A stretch of 64,000 bases of DNA from Camelus ferus (Eukaryota), in NCBI RefSeq assembly GCF_009834535.1, contig NC_045697.1, forward strand, positions 4,032,001 through 4,096,000, read 5' to 3'. Below are positions 38,717-51,730 of the stretch, one piece after another; the stretch's first letter is position 1, and each line of letters starts with the position of its first letter. Made by a program: the position numbers and the translations under genes. The notes below the pieces were generated by a model, which was given only the letters and a program-made list of their open reading frames with translations, had not been told where the DNA came from and searched no databases.

Positions 38717-39879
38717 CTAGAGGAGACACCCAGGATCAGTGACAAGCATGCCTGTGCGGGGCCCTGGCCTCAGGCATGCACTGCTGCGCAGCAGGGGGAC
38801 AGAAGAGCAAGCTTGTGCCACTCTGCTGTCACACGGGCAGTGGTGCTAGGACCCTTGAAAGAACACTCGGACTCTGAGAGGTTGTGAGCAGCCCTCACAT
38901 ATGTGATGTCACAGGAACTAACTTACAGTTTTTTTTTAAGGCCAAACTTGAATTGTGTTATACTGTGCAGGAGGGAGTATGTATTTTACTTTTATATTTG
39001 AAGGAGATTGTCTTTGTATCGTATAATGTGCTTTAAAAATGGTGATTATTCCCTGGAAATGCACCCACTCAACCCTCCATCCTTAGTGTGCCACTCGCTT
39101 TGTGGATGTTACTTTATTAAAATTCTTCGCTTTACATTTACTGAGCACTCATCTCCTGCCGTCACCAAGCTAGCTGCTTTACATAAGCCTCTAATCCTCA
39201 CTGACCACCAGGCAAGGAAAATGCATCACCCCAGGTTAAGGATGAAGAAAAGGAGGCCCAGAAGGCCAAAGGGGCCTGCCTGAGATGCACGGAGAGGGGT
39301 TGAGACCTGGCCTGAGGGGACAGAGTTCCTGCTCTCCCCGTTGCTCAGGCACCCAGCTCAGCCCCCAAAGCCCTGGGTCTTCTTTGGCCCCAGTGGGGCC
39401 TGGGAGAGCCTGCTCACGTGACAGTCAGTGGGTGAGCACTGTCCTCGCTGGGGGACTGAGCACCGCCACGGTTCATATCCGAAAAGCAGCAACAGGGGGC
39501 GCCGACAACCCAGCCCTGGAACTGACAAATTCACTACTAGGCAAACAGTGGTGTGTAAGCGAGGCTCCTGAAGTCTGTAGCTGGACAGCCACCAGCACTG
39601 CTGAAACTCTGACGGTGCCAGGCGCTGGGCTGGGCGTCGGGGAGACGGCCACGAGGCTGTGGGCACCGCTGAGCCTCCCGTGTCTCCAGCTCCGCGGCTT
39701 CAGCACCAGCAGGAGGCCCTGGCTTGCTGAAGGGCCTGCGCCCTCTACTTTTAGGTGATTCTGACGTCACCCAAGTTTGAGAGTCCCTGGCTCATCTATT
39801 GGTTCTCAAAATGTGTTCTTGGGACTCCTGCATGGGGTGGGGTGGTCACTGAGCACCGGAGTTTGACAATGCATGCTAT

Positions 39880-40290
39880 TGTGAATGAAAAATATTGCCA
39901 GCCATATCAGTAAACAAAGAATGCTGTGGCCATCAAGTCAGCAGCCGCTACTGCCACCCTCGACTGTGAACGGAGGGAACTGAGGACGCGGACAAGCAGG
40001 CAGCCTGGCTTCTGCAGCCACCCTCAACGGTGTCCCCTGTGGGAACTCAGGGTGGGAAAGAATGGGAGCCTGGCCCTGGATAGGCAGGTGCACGTCAAAG
40101 GAATGATTTCGGTGAGCCCAGCCCTTTGCACCTTCCCATACATAGAAAAGCACTAAATTCTTTGACTTGAGATGTCTGGTTTTCCTTAATCAACAGTAAT
40201 TTTTTGATGTTTCGACTACCCGGTCTTTGTTGTAAAAACTCTTATGTATCTTGACTCCTCCCCTACCTCTTTGCAGCAGTCTCTTAGAGC
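39880..40290 (+). mobile_element. ERV LTR, 3'-truncated (related to 47321-48229)
   Basis: Starts tgtgaatgaaaaatattgcc; shares catagaaaagcactaaa...acttgagatg and ctcctccc..cctctt..agcagt with the 47.3-48.2 kb LTR. Confidence 0.7.
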
Positions 40291-43200
40291 GAAGTAAATG
40301 GGAGAAGTGGTACAGGTCAAAAGTGGGTAAAAATAAACCCAAATATATCAGCAATTACAATAAATGTATTACTAGAAATAGAAGGTCCCTGCATAATGAT
40401 GTTTTAATTCAACAGGAAGAGAGTACATCTCTAAACCTGTATGCACTTCACCACATAGCTTCCCACTGTGTGAACCCAAACCCTGACAGACCTACAAGAG
40501 AGACGGACAAACCCTCCGTTAGAGCAGGTGGTGACTGCGCCGCCTTTCTCTAGGTGACTGGTGGCTCAGGCAGGTAGGAGGAATTGGGAGTCAGCAGGGG
40601 TGATTTAAGGGACCACATTAAGGAGCACTTCATTCATTCTTCTCAGTCTCAGCATATCTGCAACCATGACTGTGAGAGGTAAGGGACGTGGGTGAATTGG
40701 GTATGATTTACAGGACACTGAATAAATGGTGAGAATGATTGTGTACCCTGACCCAAGTTCAGGATACCTTTAACTAATCAAGAATTATGTCATGGGTATT
40801 CCCAGATGACCACGGGGAGGATCAGAGATCAATTTCATGTGTCCCATAGTCTTTCTCCAGTTGGAGAGAATGTTTCAGGGCCTCCCTGGAACCCAGGCAT
40901 CTTTGCCGCCTAATGACTCCTAGTCCAAATACAGAACCTCACTGGAAGTCCCAGTGTGGTCGGACCTTAAAATTAAATTCCAGAAGGCCACAAAAGGGCT
41001 GGAGACACCTGGCCTCAAAGCTCTGCACCAGGAGATGGCTGGTTACTTGACAGGAATCCTGGACAAATGGAATGCCGAGGCCCCAAGGAATCTCAAAGAC
41101 AAGACAGTGCAAATCCACATTTTACAGTGGTACAGGAAGAGACTTGCCCAAGGTGACAGATGGAGCAAGGGGCAGGGTCAGGAGTGGAACGAGCCCTGCG
41201 ACCCCAGCCCGTGCCTCCTGCGCCATCCACTGTCTGTTGTATTGTCAGCTCTTCCCCGAGCTTCCTCCCTTCCTCTGGGCTCAGACACTGGATACTGCCC
41301 TTGGGTCCCAAGGTGCACATTTCATGTACTTGGTTGTCCCCAGTTTACCCTCATGGTGCCCCAAACCCCAAATGCCTTCATCCAAGGGGTTAGCTTAGCT
41401 GAGGAAACACCCAGATGCAGAGGCCTCAGCAGTTCTGTACTGAGAGGATGGGGCCATAAGGGTTGGAACCCCACGTAGCCTCTTCTCCCACTCGCCACCT
41501 CCATGTAGAACTGATCACCTAACACAAGGTCTGTGATTCCTCCAGGGAGCCCTCCCCACTGCCCGGCTGGGTTACATAAGCCCTCGTGCCCTCTAACCCC
41601 CAGCACTTCTCACCCAACAGGTGCGGTCCGTTAAACTGCTCGTCTCACCCACTAGGGGAACAAGCCCTTTGAAGGCAGCAGCTGTGGTAAAGTTGGGGCT
41701 ACAAGGTTTAGCCAGGGTGGAGCACATATCAGCTCATCGATACATATTCAAGTGCATGAATGAATGGGTCAATGACTCTCCAGGGAGCCAACTGTTCTTT
41801 GGTGTCCCTAGGACCTAGTACATTGCCAGCAAAATATCTGCTGAATATATAAATGAACAAATGAATAAGCAAATCCACTCTATGAAATCAGCTGGTCGGG
41901 GTCTGCTGGAGGACACCTGGAACCTGGGACACGGGCAGGAGGAGGGACCCGGGCTCCCTGATCCCACCCAGCCCCCAGGGACTCTCACACTTCTCGGACT
42001 AGACATGGTCCTTCACGGATTGTTCCTGCAACATCCTAGAGGCCCGCAACTCAGTTGGCGCTTGTGGCTGCATCCCTCTACAGAGTGCTCTGCACTGGGG
42101 GCTTTTATTTTGAAAACGGCGAAGACCTGGGTGCTGAGAAGGGGCAGATGGCACGCCAGGGGCCAGTGGATGTTGTGCCAGGAGCTCTGGCACCAGTCAG
42201 TTCAACACTCCCGGGCAAGTCCCTGAGAGCTTCTTCAGCCCAGGTTGCCTCCCCTGAGCAATGAGGATAATAAAGATCTCTGAAACTTGCGAAAATGAGG
42301 CAAGGTATGTTAGTATCTGATCCCACGTAGATTTGCACAACACAGACCTGTTTTCTTCTCATTTCCACACAGCCGACACCCTGGCACGGCCGGGAGCTGC
42401 AGGGGCTCAGCCGTGGGTAACAGCAGAGACAGGATCAGTGCTGTTTTCACTTGGGCCCCTTGAGTGGCCTTAGAATTTGACTTATTCCAGCACATCTGTA
42501 TCCTAGAGACTGATTTTCCTCTTCATGAGTTTGCTGAAAGCAAAAGTAACCATCCCAGGTACCATTTATCTAAAAAGGGAAATGTATTTCTTTGAACTAA
42601 AAGCATGTTTGCCTAAAAGACACCATACTCAAAGAGAGGGGCTCACAAAGAATACCCGTATTTCCACCTCCTGCCCTTCTCCATTTGACACTGCTGCACA
42701 GTCACCCACCGTCTGGCCAGGAAAGGGACCCTGAGGCTAGGGGTCCGAGAGAGGGGATGTGCAGACCCTCAGTCCTGGCAACCCCAGCCCTGTCTGGCTG
42801 CATTCACAATGGTCTGGGCTGTTATCCACTGGTTAAGCCACTGGCAGAAGATACAATCACCCTTCTAAAAGCCAAGGACGACAGACTTGGGGGCCGGGCT
42901 GGATCTGAAATTGTCTGCTGCAATTCCAATCCTGACAGACGTCATAAGCAGGCAAAGGAAGTTAAGGCAGGGAGGCGGTAGGTCAGGCCCCATTTCCCTT
43001 CTGCAATTATAGCCGTGATACCTCCAAATTCACAGCCTTGTCTGTCCATTTCCCAGGGGTTCAGATGCACCTTAAGTTTGAACAGCACTGCTCCAGGGGC
43101 CCAGGGCAGAGCCATAAGCAGCCCGAAGTGTGAAACTTCTTTAGTGAGTGGCATGTCGTTTAGTGAAAGTTACAAAAATATTTTTCTTTCAAACATGCAA

Positions 43201-45585
43201 GTAAGTAACTATTCAGAATGTACCAGAGTATCTCTTGGCAGTGGGTACAGCCCAGAACACAAAGGCCCCAGGTGGAGAAGCCTGGACACACAGGATCAAG
43301 TTTAAACTCTTCAGAGTCACACGAAGACCTCCGCAACCACGCTTCCTACTCCCTCATCAGCTCCCTGCACTCTCCAAACACCCCAAACCCTCTCTGCTAT
43401 GCCACACTTCTCCCTGTGGATGGACCCTGGGCCAGTTCTGGATCCTGAGTGCCTGGGCAGCTGTGCTCACACTCCCAGGCCCAGACCAAGAGTCCTTGGT
43501 CTGGAAAACTTTCTTCCTCAAACTCCCTGAGCTCAGCTGACTCCCTCCACAGTGCTTCTACCACAGCATGAACACAGGGTACCCATATCTTTTTGACTGC
43601 CTACAGCAGGACTGGTTTACATTTATGATCCCAAACTTATCAGGCACTGTTCTAAGCTTCTTATGAACATCAGGTCCAAGTGTGCAAGCACTTCATTCCC
43701 TGACGGACCCCAGCACCTGCAGGCACTCAATTTATGTGTCAAATCAAAGACCAGCACTGGGGATACTGTATTGTAATTATGGTTCATGGACCTGTCTCAA
43801 CCTACAAGGTTGCTTCTCCTGGAAATTCCTAATGCCCAGCAGTGTCTGGAGAGGCACATGGTCACAGTGAATGTTAACTGACTGAATGAACTTCAGCTCC
43901 CTGAAGGCAGGGGCCAGACCAAATGCTTTCATGAGGTCCCTTCCTGTTCCCCACACTTGTTACAGCCCCTGTAGATCAAACCTTCCTCTGGGCTACAGGC
44001 TTCTGAACACTTTTCCTAAATCAAAAGTGTCTGACCTCCTTTTGACAATGACAACAACAAACGAGAAATTTTCATTCTGGAAAAAGTTTATTTATCTCAC
44101 CTTTTATTGGCCAACTCAGTGGCTTTGGTCATTTGCACAAAGATTCTAAAAACAGGCTTTCAGCATTTGTGTTTCTAAGCAAATGAACTTTATCATAACA
44201 AGCTAGAGCTCTGAACCCATTCCCTGTGGGGTCTGCTCTGACGACCGAGGCTGGACATCATCTAAACCTGGAAGATGCCTCCTACTCTCGGGCTGAGGCC
44301 TACCACGGCCAGCTCCGCGCTATCCTCCCAACTCTGCCGGGCCTCTGCAGAGGTCATGTGCATCTGTGGCAAGAAGCCCCTAAGCCCACAACTACAGTAT
44401 GTGGAAACATTTTACCCCAAGTCAGCAAATCCATGTAGTACCTAGAACTCATGCCCTCTTCCAGGTTACTCACCAGACAGGTCACGTGATGTGCATCAGT
44501 TAACATGCCACGGAAAAATTGTAATTCTGAAAAAACAAAGAAAACCAAAAGAACACAGCTCCCTCCGTTGATGAGATGAAATACAAAATCTGAACACCCG
44601 CACACCACCACTCTCCATGCCCAGCAGCCCTCTGGGCCTTCTCAATCCTGTCCAAAGAAGAGGCATCCACACCCTTGACTGGGGTTTGGGTTCTTGCTTC
44701 AGCAGCTGCAGCCAAATAGGGTCTCCTTTCTCGCATAACTTTTACTTCCAGCTCCTTTCATGGGTCCCAAATTCCAGGAAGCATTAAAAAACATGCAAAG
44801 TACAAGAAAGATACTTTCAAACTTTAAAAATAAAATAAAATCACAGTACAAAAATATGACCACACAGCAGCTTACACTCTAGGCCCTATTCCTTTATGTA
44901 AGAGCGTTTAATTAAAAGCTGTCTTTTCCAACCTGAATGCACCTAATCATCAAGGTTCACCTATGACGGATATAATACTGAAATCATCTACCACACTGGT
45001 ACTGGAGATTTGGCGTTTAACACGGTGAAAACGCAAATAGAAAAGGTGGGGAGAGAAAAAGAAAGGCTCTCTTGGTTTCAGCCTCACCAAGCAGTCAGTC
45101 CTCCTTAGCAGCTGAATAGAGTCCCTCAGCGGATAACCTAGAGGACAAGGGGCGAAATTCATCACAACGTTAATTCTAAGACTCTCTTATCACTAAGGCA
45201 AACAACTCCGACCACCCAAGCAAAATGCTCTGAGGTCATCTGACACCGGGCCGTTTCATCACAGTATTTGCAAGTTTTCTTCTCGCACTACTGTAACGAG
45301 CCCCCTCTTCTTTTTTTGGCCCGATGGCCTAGGTTTTCACCCTAGTGACTGATCTGGTCCGCATCCTGCAGACATTTTAGTGGGAAGTGGTCTCTACGTT
45401 TCACAACGACACAGCAAATCATTTTCTTCTAATCAGCAACATTAAAAAATAACACGCTACCTAAGGGAAAAGCTTGGCACGGTCCCACCCTCATTGCCCC
45501 CGCCGCCTCCCGCCGCTCAGGGCGGACGCGGCCTTGCGGCGCGGGGCGTTACGGCGAGCCCGCCTCCCCGCCGCTCCCGCGTCCG

Positions 45586-45926
45586 TCGGTAACACGCGCA
45601 GCCGTGGATCTGCTGGTGCAGCTCCGCCATCCTCCTCCCTATCAGCGCAGCCTCCACCGCCTTCCTCTCCGCCTCCTCGCACAGCTTCGTCACCCTCCCC
45701 TCCGCCTCGGCGCCGGCCTGTGGGCGGGGTCCAGGGCCTGCTCCTCGCTGGCGACCGCGCCCTGCAGGCTCCCGCTGCCCCCCAGCCTCCGGCCGCCCCA
45801 AGGTGCGCGCACGTGCTCGCGCTCGAGGGCGGCGGCGGCCCGGCGGTGGGCGGGCAGCGCGGGGCTCGGGAGCCTCTCCCAGTGGTCGTTGGCCGCCCGC
45901 GCCCCGGCCCGGGGGACCGGCCGGCC
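45586..45926 (-). pseudogene. MRFAP1L2: MORF4 family-associated protein 1-like 2 (LOC93622/UPP ortholog), disrupted
   Basis: Frame A reads GRPVPRAGARAANDHWERLPSPALPAHRRAAAALEREHVRA...ASEEQALD. A frame shift near 45700-45730 leads to AEAEGRVTKLCEEAERKAVEAALIGRRMAELHQQIHGCACY (recalled human: AEAEERVARLCAEAERKAAEAARMGRRIVELHQRIAGCECC*). GGC stands where Met1 is expected (45924-45926) and CGA where the stop is expected (45586-45588). Confidence 0.82.
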
Positions 45927-46370
45927 GGCTGCTACTGCCTGGCGCGGGGCTCGGCGGAAGCGCTGCTGTGGCGAGCAACAGGTTCTTGAGTTTTGTTCGC
46001 AGGCTTCTTAATAAACATCTGCTTTTTGCCTTAAAGCCACGAAAGCCACACCCAAAGTGGCCCCCAGCCGCCGACCGGCGCTCTGCCGCTTCGCGGCCCC
46101 TTTCACGACACGCCGGGACCCCTTTACGGCCGTGCCCCCAGTGGGGCCCCTGAGTAGGCGCGTGCTGGCGGGGCGCCTGGGTCTCAGGCCGCGTGCGGCG
46201 GGCGTGCGTTAGCGACGCGCCTTCCCCTTCCCAGTCGCGCCCTTCCCTTGCCGTCGCGTCTTCAGGGCATGGGTTTTAACACCGAGTTTCAAAAGTGGGT
46301 TTTCTACACCAGAAATGCAGAGTTACACCAAACACCAGGGCCGCGAAGGCCCCGGCTGCCCTTCCCTTCC
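45927..46370 (-). promoter_or_regulatory. CpG-rich leader/promoter of the MRFAP1L2 copy
   Basis: High CpG density; contains gcggcccctttcacgacacg, identical to the MRFAP1 leader at 61145-61164. Confidence 0.65.
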
Positions 46371-46376
46371 TCCCCT

Positions 46377-46938
46377 TGAGGTGGGAAGCCCCATAAAAAA
46401 GACCCGCAAGACCCCCAGGAAGGGCCACTACTCTCCTGCCAGCATCATCTGGTTCCCTGGCCCAGCAACTTCATTTCACTTTTTGCCTCTGAGAGGCTTA
46501 CTTCTAGGAAAGTGGAATTTACCCCTTAAAGTCTATTGGCTCCCTGAGCGAACTCCTGATTGGTCCATTTGTAGTGCTTCATTTGCATGGAGCTCACTCC
46601 TGATTGGTTGTTTCTCTCACTCCTGGTTGGTCCACTTCACTCACTCCTGATTGGTCCATTTCCCTCTCTCCTGATTGGTCCACTTCTACAACGCTTGTTC
46701 CTAATTAGTCACCTTTGTTATACCTTGTTTACATGTTACAAAATGTTGCAAAGTCTGAACTGGTAGCCTATAAAAGCCTATGTAACCCTATAGACAGGGG
46801 CCAGAGTTTGGAGTGTTAAGTCACTTGGGCCTTCTGGTGTAATAAACCTGAGTTCGCCAACTCTCCAACTGCTGCTTGGTCTCTCGCCCAGATTCAGGTT
46901 GCTGTCACAACTGAGCTGTCACACGCTTTTCTGCAACA
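46377..46938 (+). mobile_element. Solo ERV LTR with tandem CCAAT-box array
   Basis: TG...CA termini, repeated ctcctgattggtcca units at 46553-46683, cctataaaag TATA near 46767, AATAAA at 46841; near-TSD ccct/tcct. Confidence 0.82.
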
Positions 46939-47320
46939 TCCTCACTGAACTCAAGTCAAGGGCATGGTTGAGTTGGAGCCGCCTGGCCAAGAGTGGGTCC
47001 TCAGGAGAACTGTACTTAAGTGGAATCTGTACCAAAGTGTATTGTCTGTGAAGAGAGTTCTTGGAGGGTGCAATCCTCATCTTCAGTTCTGTCCATAGTC
47101 TCACCCTAGGCCCAGCAGGGGCTCAGTAAATTTTGGTTTATCCTAACATGTACTATCTGGAAGGGACAAATGAATAAGTTTTATGTCCTAGCCCTGTGGT
47201 TCTCTCCCATCCCAACACTAACAGTAAAGATTGGGGGTTTGGGGTTGGCAGGGGTGAGGAGGCGGGATCCTGCTTGCACAAGTGCTCAGGACTCTTGGGC
47301 CTCAGTTTTCCAGTAGATCA

Positions 47321-48229
47321 TGTAAAGAAAAAAACGTTGCCTGCCACTGCAGTTTTACCAGGATAAAACCATCAGCCACTGTGGTTGCCTCCTCACAGTT
47401 CACTCAGGTGAGGAATAAAGGATAGAAACACAGGAAGCATTTTGTGCTTTGGATATACTAGCTCCTAGCTGGTTAAGATACACATCTAAGGAAAAATTTC
47501 AGCCCCCTCAGATTTCTTGCATATTGCCACACATAGAAAAGCACTAAAACCATTAACTTGAGATGTTCTTTGCGATTAGTCTTTTGATGTTTGAAACGTG
47601 TTTTTTTTTTTTTCCCCCAGAAAAAAATTTTGTATGTGTTAGGGGACTGGGCTGGCTGGTGTGCCTGCAGGTAAAAAAATTTACTAGAGACAAAAAAAAG
47701 TTTAATAAAGATCAGACAACGGTGGGCCACACAGGCAAGAGATGTCTGTGTGAGCCTGGAGGGTTGGTTGTTGGGGTCTTTTATAAGGTAGGGTCACAAG
47801 GTTCCTGATCAGCTTGTGCACAAGTCTCTGATTGGCTGCAGGTGAGGTAAGAAGTTTAGGGTCAGTGAAGGGCAGTGGGATTTATGACTCTGATAAAATG
47901 AGCTGAAACAAACCAGCCTGAGCTATTGTGAGATTAGGCATGACCTGGGGCTATTAGTTCGTTAGGGCAAACACGCCCAGTAAAGAATGTACTGTATCTG
48001 TTCAGGGATCACAGGCAGACATCTGAGAGCCCAGGAATAGAGGGGGGTCATTGGACTTTGAAAGTGGCAAGTGGGCCCCACTGTTTTTATTCTGGCTCCT
48101 CCCTTGCCTCTTCAGAGCAGTTCCTCAGAACTATCTGAGAGGCTGTTTCCTGGGCTATAGTTCTCAGTAACAAACTGAATAAAGTTCAACCCACAACTTT
48201 TACATTGTGCATTTTTCTTTCAGTTGACA
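47321..48229 (+). mobile_element. ERV LTR interrupted by a second LTR-like insertion (about 47637-48085)
   Basis: tgtaaagaaaaaaacgttgcc...; resumes at ttctggctcctcccttgcc...gaataaag...cagttgaca. Confidence 0.65.
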
Positions 48230-48554
48230 ATCAAATGGAGTCAGTAGTCCTATGGCAGGATACCCATCAGAGCCACTGAGAGGATTAAGTGAGAAAATGG
48301 GTGCAAAAGTGCATTGTAAACTTGCAAAAGCACCAAGCGGATGCAAGTAGTAGTATTATTAGACTGCATAATCTGGTGGTTGAGGGAAAAGTGTTGGCAT
48401 TAGACCGATCTGGGATTTGGGTTGTAGCTCCACTACTTGCTGGCTGGGAAATTTTGGGCAAATTAGATAACAGCCGGAAGATAGCTCTCTGTGCCTCAGT
48501 GTCCCCACCTGTACCTAGTGAGGTTGGGCACCAAGACCTCTAGGGAGGTGCAGA

Positions 48555-50225
48555 AGGCAGAGTGGCCCCCAAAGATGTCCGTGTCCTGATCCCAAGAAAC
48601 TGAGATTATATTGTGAACTACGTATTTTGTAATTATGAATATATTACATGATAAAAGGGACTTTGACGATGCAAACAAAGTTAAGGGTCATAAAATAAGG
48701 AGTTTTGCCTGGATCATCCAAGTGGGCTCAATCTCTGCCCTTTAAAGCAAAGAATGTTCTTGGGCTGGATTTAGAAAAATGGGGTAGAAAAGGAAAGCAG
48801 GAGGGAATCAGAGATATTCCAAGCATGAGATAATCGAATGTGCTGATGCTGGTTCTGAGATGTAAGGGGGTTTGGACTCTAGCTTCACAACTTGTTGTCT
48901 GAGAGATTTTGGACAAATCTAAAGCATGAGAAGGATCTGAGGTACCATGGCTGGGTCTGAGATGAAGGCAGCCATGTGCAAGGTGTCAACCAAAATAAAT
49001 AGTGCAGGAGGCTGCAAATAAGAAAAGAGTGTATTTGGGATCTTAGGAATTGCAATTTGGAAGACACAGATTCAGGGTAACCATGAAAGAGTGTTCTGAG
49101 GAAGAGAAAGAGTCAGGGGCTTATAAACACAAAGAGCCATGAGATTGTTAAAAATTGCCTGGCAAGAACTGTGACTGACTCTGACCTGAGTCAGAAAGTA
49201 CTTATCCTTAAGGAAGTCACAAGTTGTTTTAGAGTGGGGGCCCGATAAGTAGATACACTGTCAAAGGTTATTTTAGGGCAAGTTTCCGATAAGCATCTTG
49301 AGTTTCTGGCAGGGATTCTGGATGACTTCATCAGATCAAAAAGTCAGATTTCACCCTCAGAGATGAGTGTAAGTCACACTCCTTTAATAGCCTTTGGCTC
49401 CACTCCAGAGAGCTCTCAGCAATACTTACTCCCTTTTGATCGAGATCTTTCTTTAGAAAGCATTGATAACCAATCATTTGGTTACTTGGCGTTGGTATCA
49501 ACAGCCTCAGTGCTGGGAAGGCTCATCCCCAGAGTCACGTTCCATGGAGGAGGGAAGGAGGCGGTTGTGTGAGAGGTGTATCTTTAGAGAACTTGTGGCC
49601 ACAAGTGAACAACAAAGAGCCACTTTAGGAAGCGAATCTTAGGCAGTCTTCAAAATAGGCATGGATCCTTATCAGGAAGAATCTCATACTGGTGGTTAAT
49701 CACTTCCAGACATTGAATTGTCGTTACTCCCAGTTCAGTAATATGATCTGAAAGTTTATCAGAAACATGGACTCTAGAGTAAGACAGAGTCTTTCCATGA
49801 ATCTTAAGATAAACCATATTTATAAAAGCATTGGAATAAAATAATAAATGTCTAGAAATGACAAAGGACTTAAAAACGCCCATTATTGAAGATCTGAGAG
49901 TTTAAAAAGGACCGGAGAGAGGGCTCTAGGCACTGGGGGTGGCCCTCAGCCAGCAGCCAGCAAGGGCTTGGGGACTTCAGTCCTGCATCCCCAAAGAACC
50001 GGACTCTGCCAGCACTCTGGAGGAGCCTGTAAGCAGGTTCTTCCCAGAGCTTCCTGATAAGAGGCCAGTCAGCTAACACCTTGCTTTCGGCCTTGTCAGA
50101 CCCAAAGCAAAGCAGACTGCTAAGCCAGTTTGGACTTCTGCCCTTCAGAACTGCGGGAATACATTGTGTCACTTTGAGCTGCTAAATTTGTGGTAATTTC
50201 TTACAGCAGCAATAGAAAACTAGTG
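48555..50225 (+). mobile_element. MLT1-type MaLR LTR split by an ERV-derived insertion (about 48985-49880)
   Basis: ggcagagtggcccccaaagatgtcc...ctggatcatccaagtgggctcaatc, then ccctcagccagcagccagcaagg...tgtggtaatttcttacagcagcaatagaaaac. Confidence 0.65.
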
Positions 50226-50430
50226 CAGGAGGGGTCGGGTTGAAAGTGGGGCTTGAAGTTTAGTCTGCAGAACATTTGTATATAGTTAGAAGAAAGTTGG
50301 TCGTGAACCTAAGGATGGGGGAACGTGAATAAAGCTCCCCCCACGCCTTGCCTCAGCCTTATTCTCCTCTGACCTGTGTGTTCCTACATTTTGGATTCTC
50401 TCTCTCCCTCCCTCCCTCTCTCAGTTCTCC

Positions 50431-50461
<31 letters not shown>

Positions 50462-51730
50462 GCTAAGATGTGTGTTGCAATCTTCCAACTGAGATTTGAC
50501 TACATTTTTTTTTTCAAAATAGACTTTAGTTTTTAGAAAACTTTTAGGTTTACAGAAAAGTTAAATAGATAGTAGAGAGTATGTGCTTCCACTTTCCACT
50601 TTGATTAAGGCTTCTTTGATAAACACAAAACTTTAGTTTAAGAAAGTTTTAAAAACTATGGTAAAATATGCATAATAGAAAATCTACCATTTTAACCATT
50701 TAAAAGTGTACAGTTTAGCAGCTTTAAGTACATTCATACTGTTGTGCAACCATTACCACCATCTGTCTCCGGAAATTTTTCATCTTTCCAAATGGAAACT
50801 CTGTACCTATCAACCAATAAGACCCCATTCCCCTCTCCCACAACCACTGGAAGCCACCATTCTACTTTCTGTGCCTATGAATTTGAATGCTCTAGCCTAA
50901 AAAAAAATTGAGATGAAATTCATGTAACATGCAATTAACCACTTTAAAGTGTACAATTCAGGGACATTTAGAGATGTGACCACCAGCTCTCTAGTTTTAA
51001 AACTTATTCATCAACCCATAAACACACCCATTACCCTTCTCTACTCTGAAGTCATAAAAATGTTCCTTCAGTATTTTCTTCTAAATTATTTAGCATGTGA
51101 TTTTTCTTATTATGGGTAATCCATCTGGAAATGGAGTTTGGGGCAGGAATCTAATCGCAATTTTCCTCACATGTACAGCTAGTTATCCTAGCCCTGCTTA
51201 CTGAATATTTTATCCATTCCCTTTGGTCTGCAAAGTAACATCTGTCATGTGTCAAGTCTCCATTTTTGCTTGTGTTTATATTTGTTCCATTGGTCTGTAT
51301 CTCTGAGCTATGATTAAATTGACAATGACTAAATTAGCTTTATAGTAAGTATTAATATCTGGTTACATATGGCAATTTCCCTTCCTGGTTCTTTTTCTTT
51401 AGAAATGTCCTGGCTTTTCTGCTTGTTCATCTAAAATTTGAATCAGTTTTTAAATTTTGACCCAAACAATCAAACAGACTCACCTAATGAAATTTTTATT
51501 GGGATTGAATTGACTCGTTGGCCCAATTTGGAAGAATTACAATACTAATTCTGTCAATCTGTTGGTAGTTGTTCCTTAATGTATTTTAATACAATTTTAT
51601 GCATGAAGGTTTTACATTCATTTTGTTAAAAATTTCCTAGTTACCATTTGTACTGGACTGAATAGTGATCTCCAAATATATATCCACTCTGACCCTCAGA
51701 ATATGACCTTACTGAAAATAGGTTTTTGCA

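Noticed and set aside
40954..41478. 174-aa ORF in the interval where S100P exon 1 was expected
   Set aside because: Wrong strand for S100P, no S100 similarity, and overlaps MIR-like sequence.
46553..46710. Short repeats with spacers superficially resembling a CRISPR array
   Set aside because: Mammalian DNA; the units are CCAAT-box repeats inside an LTR with irregular spacing and no cas genes.
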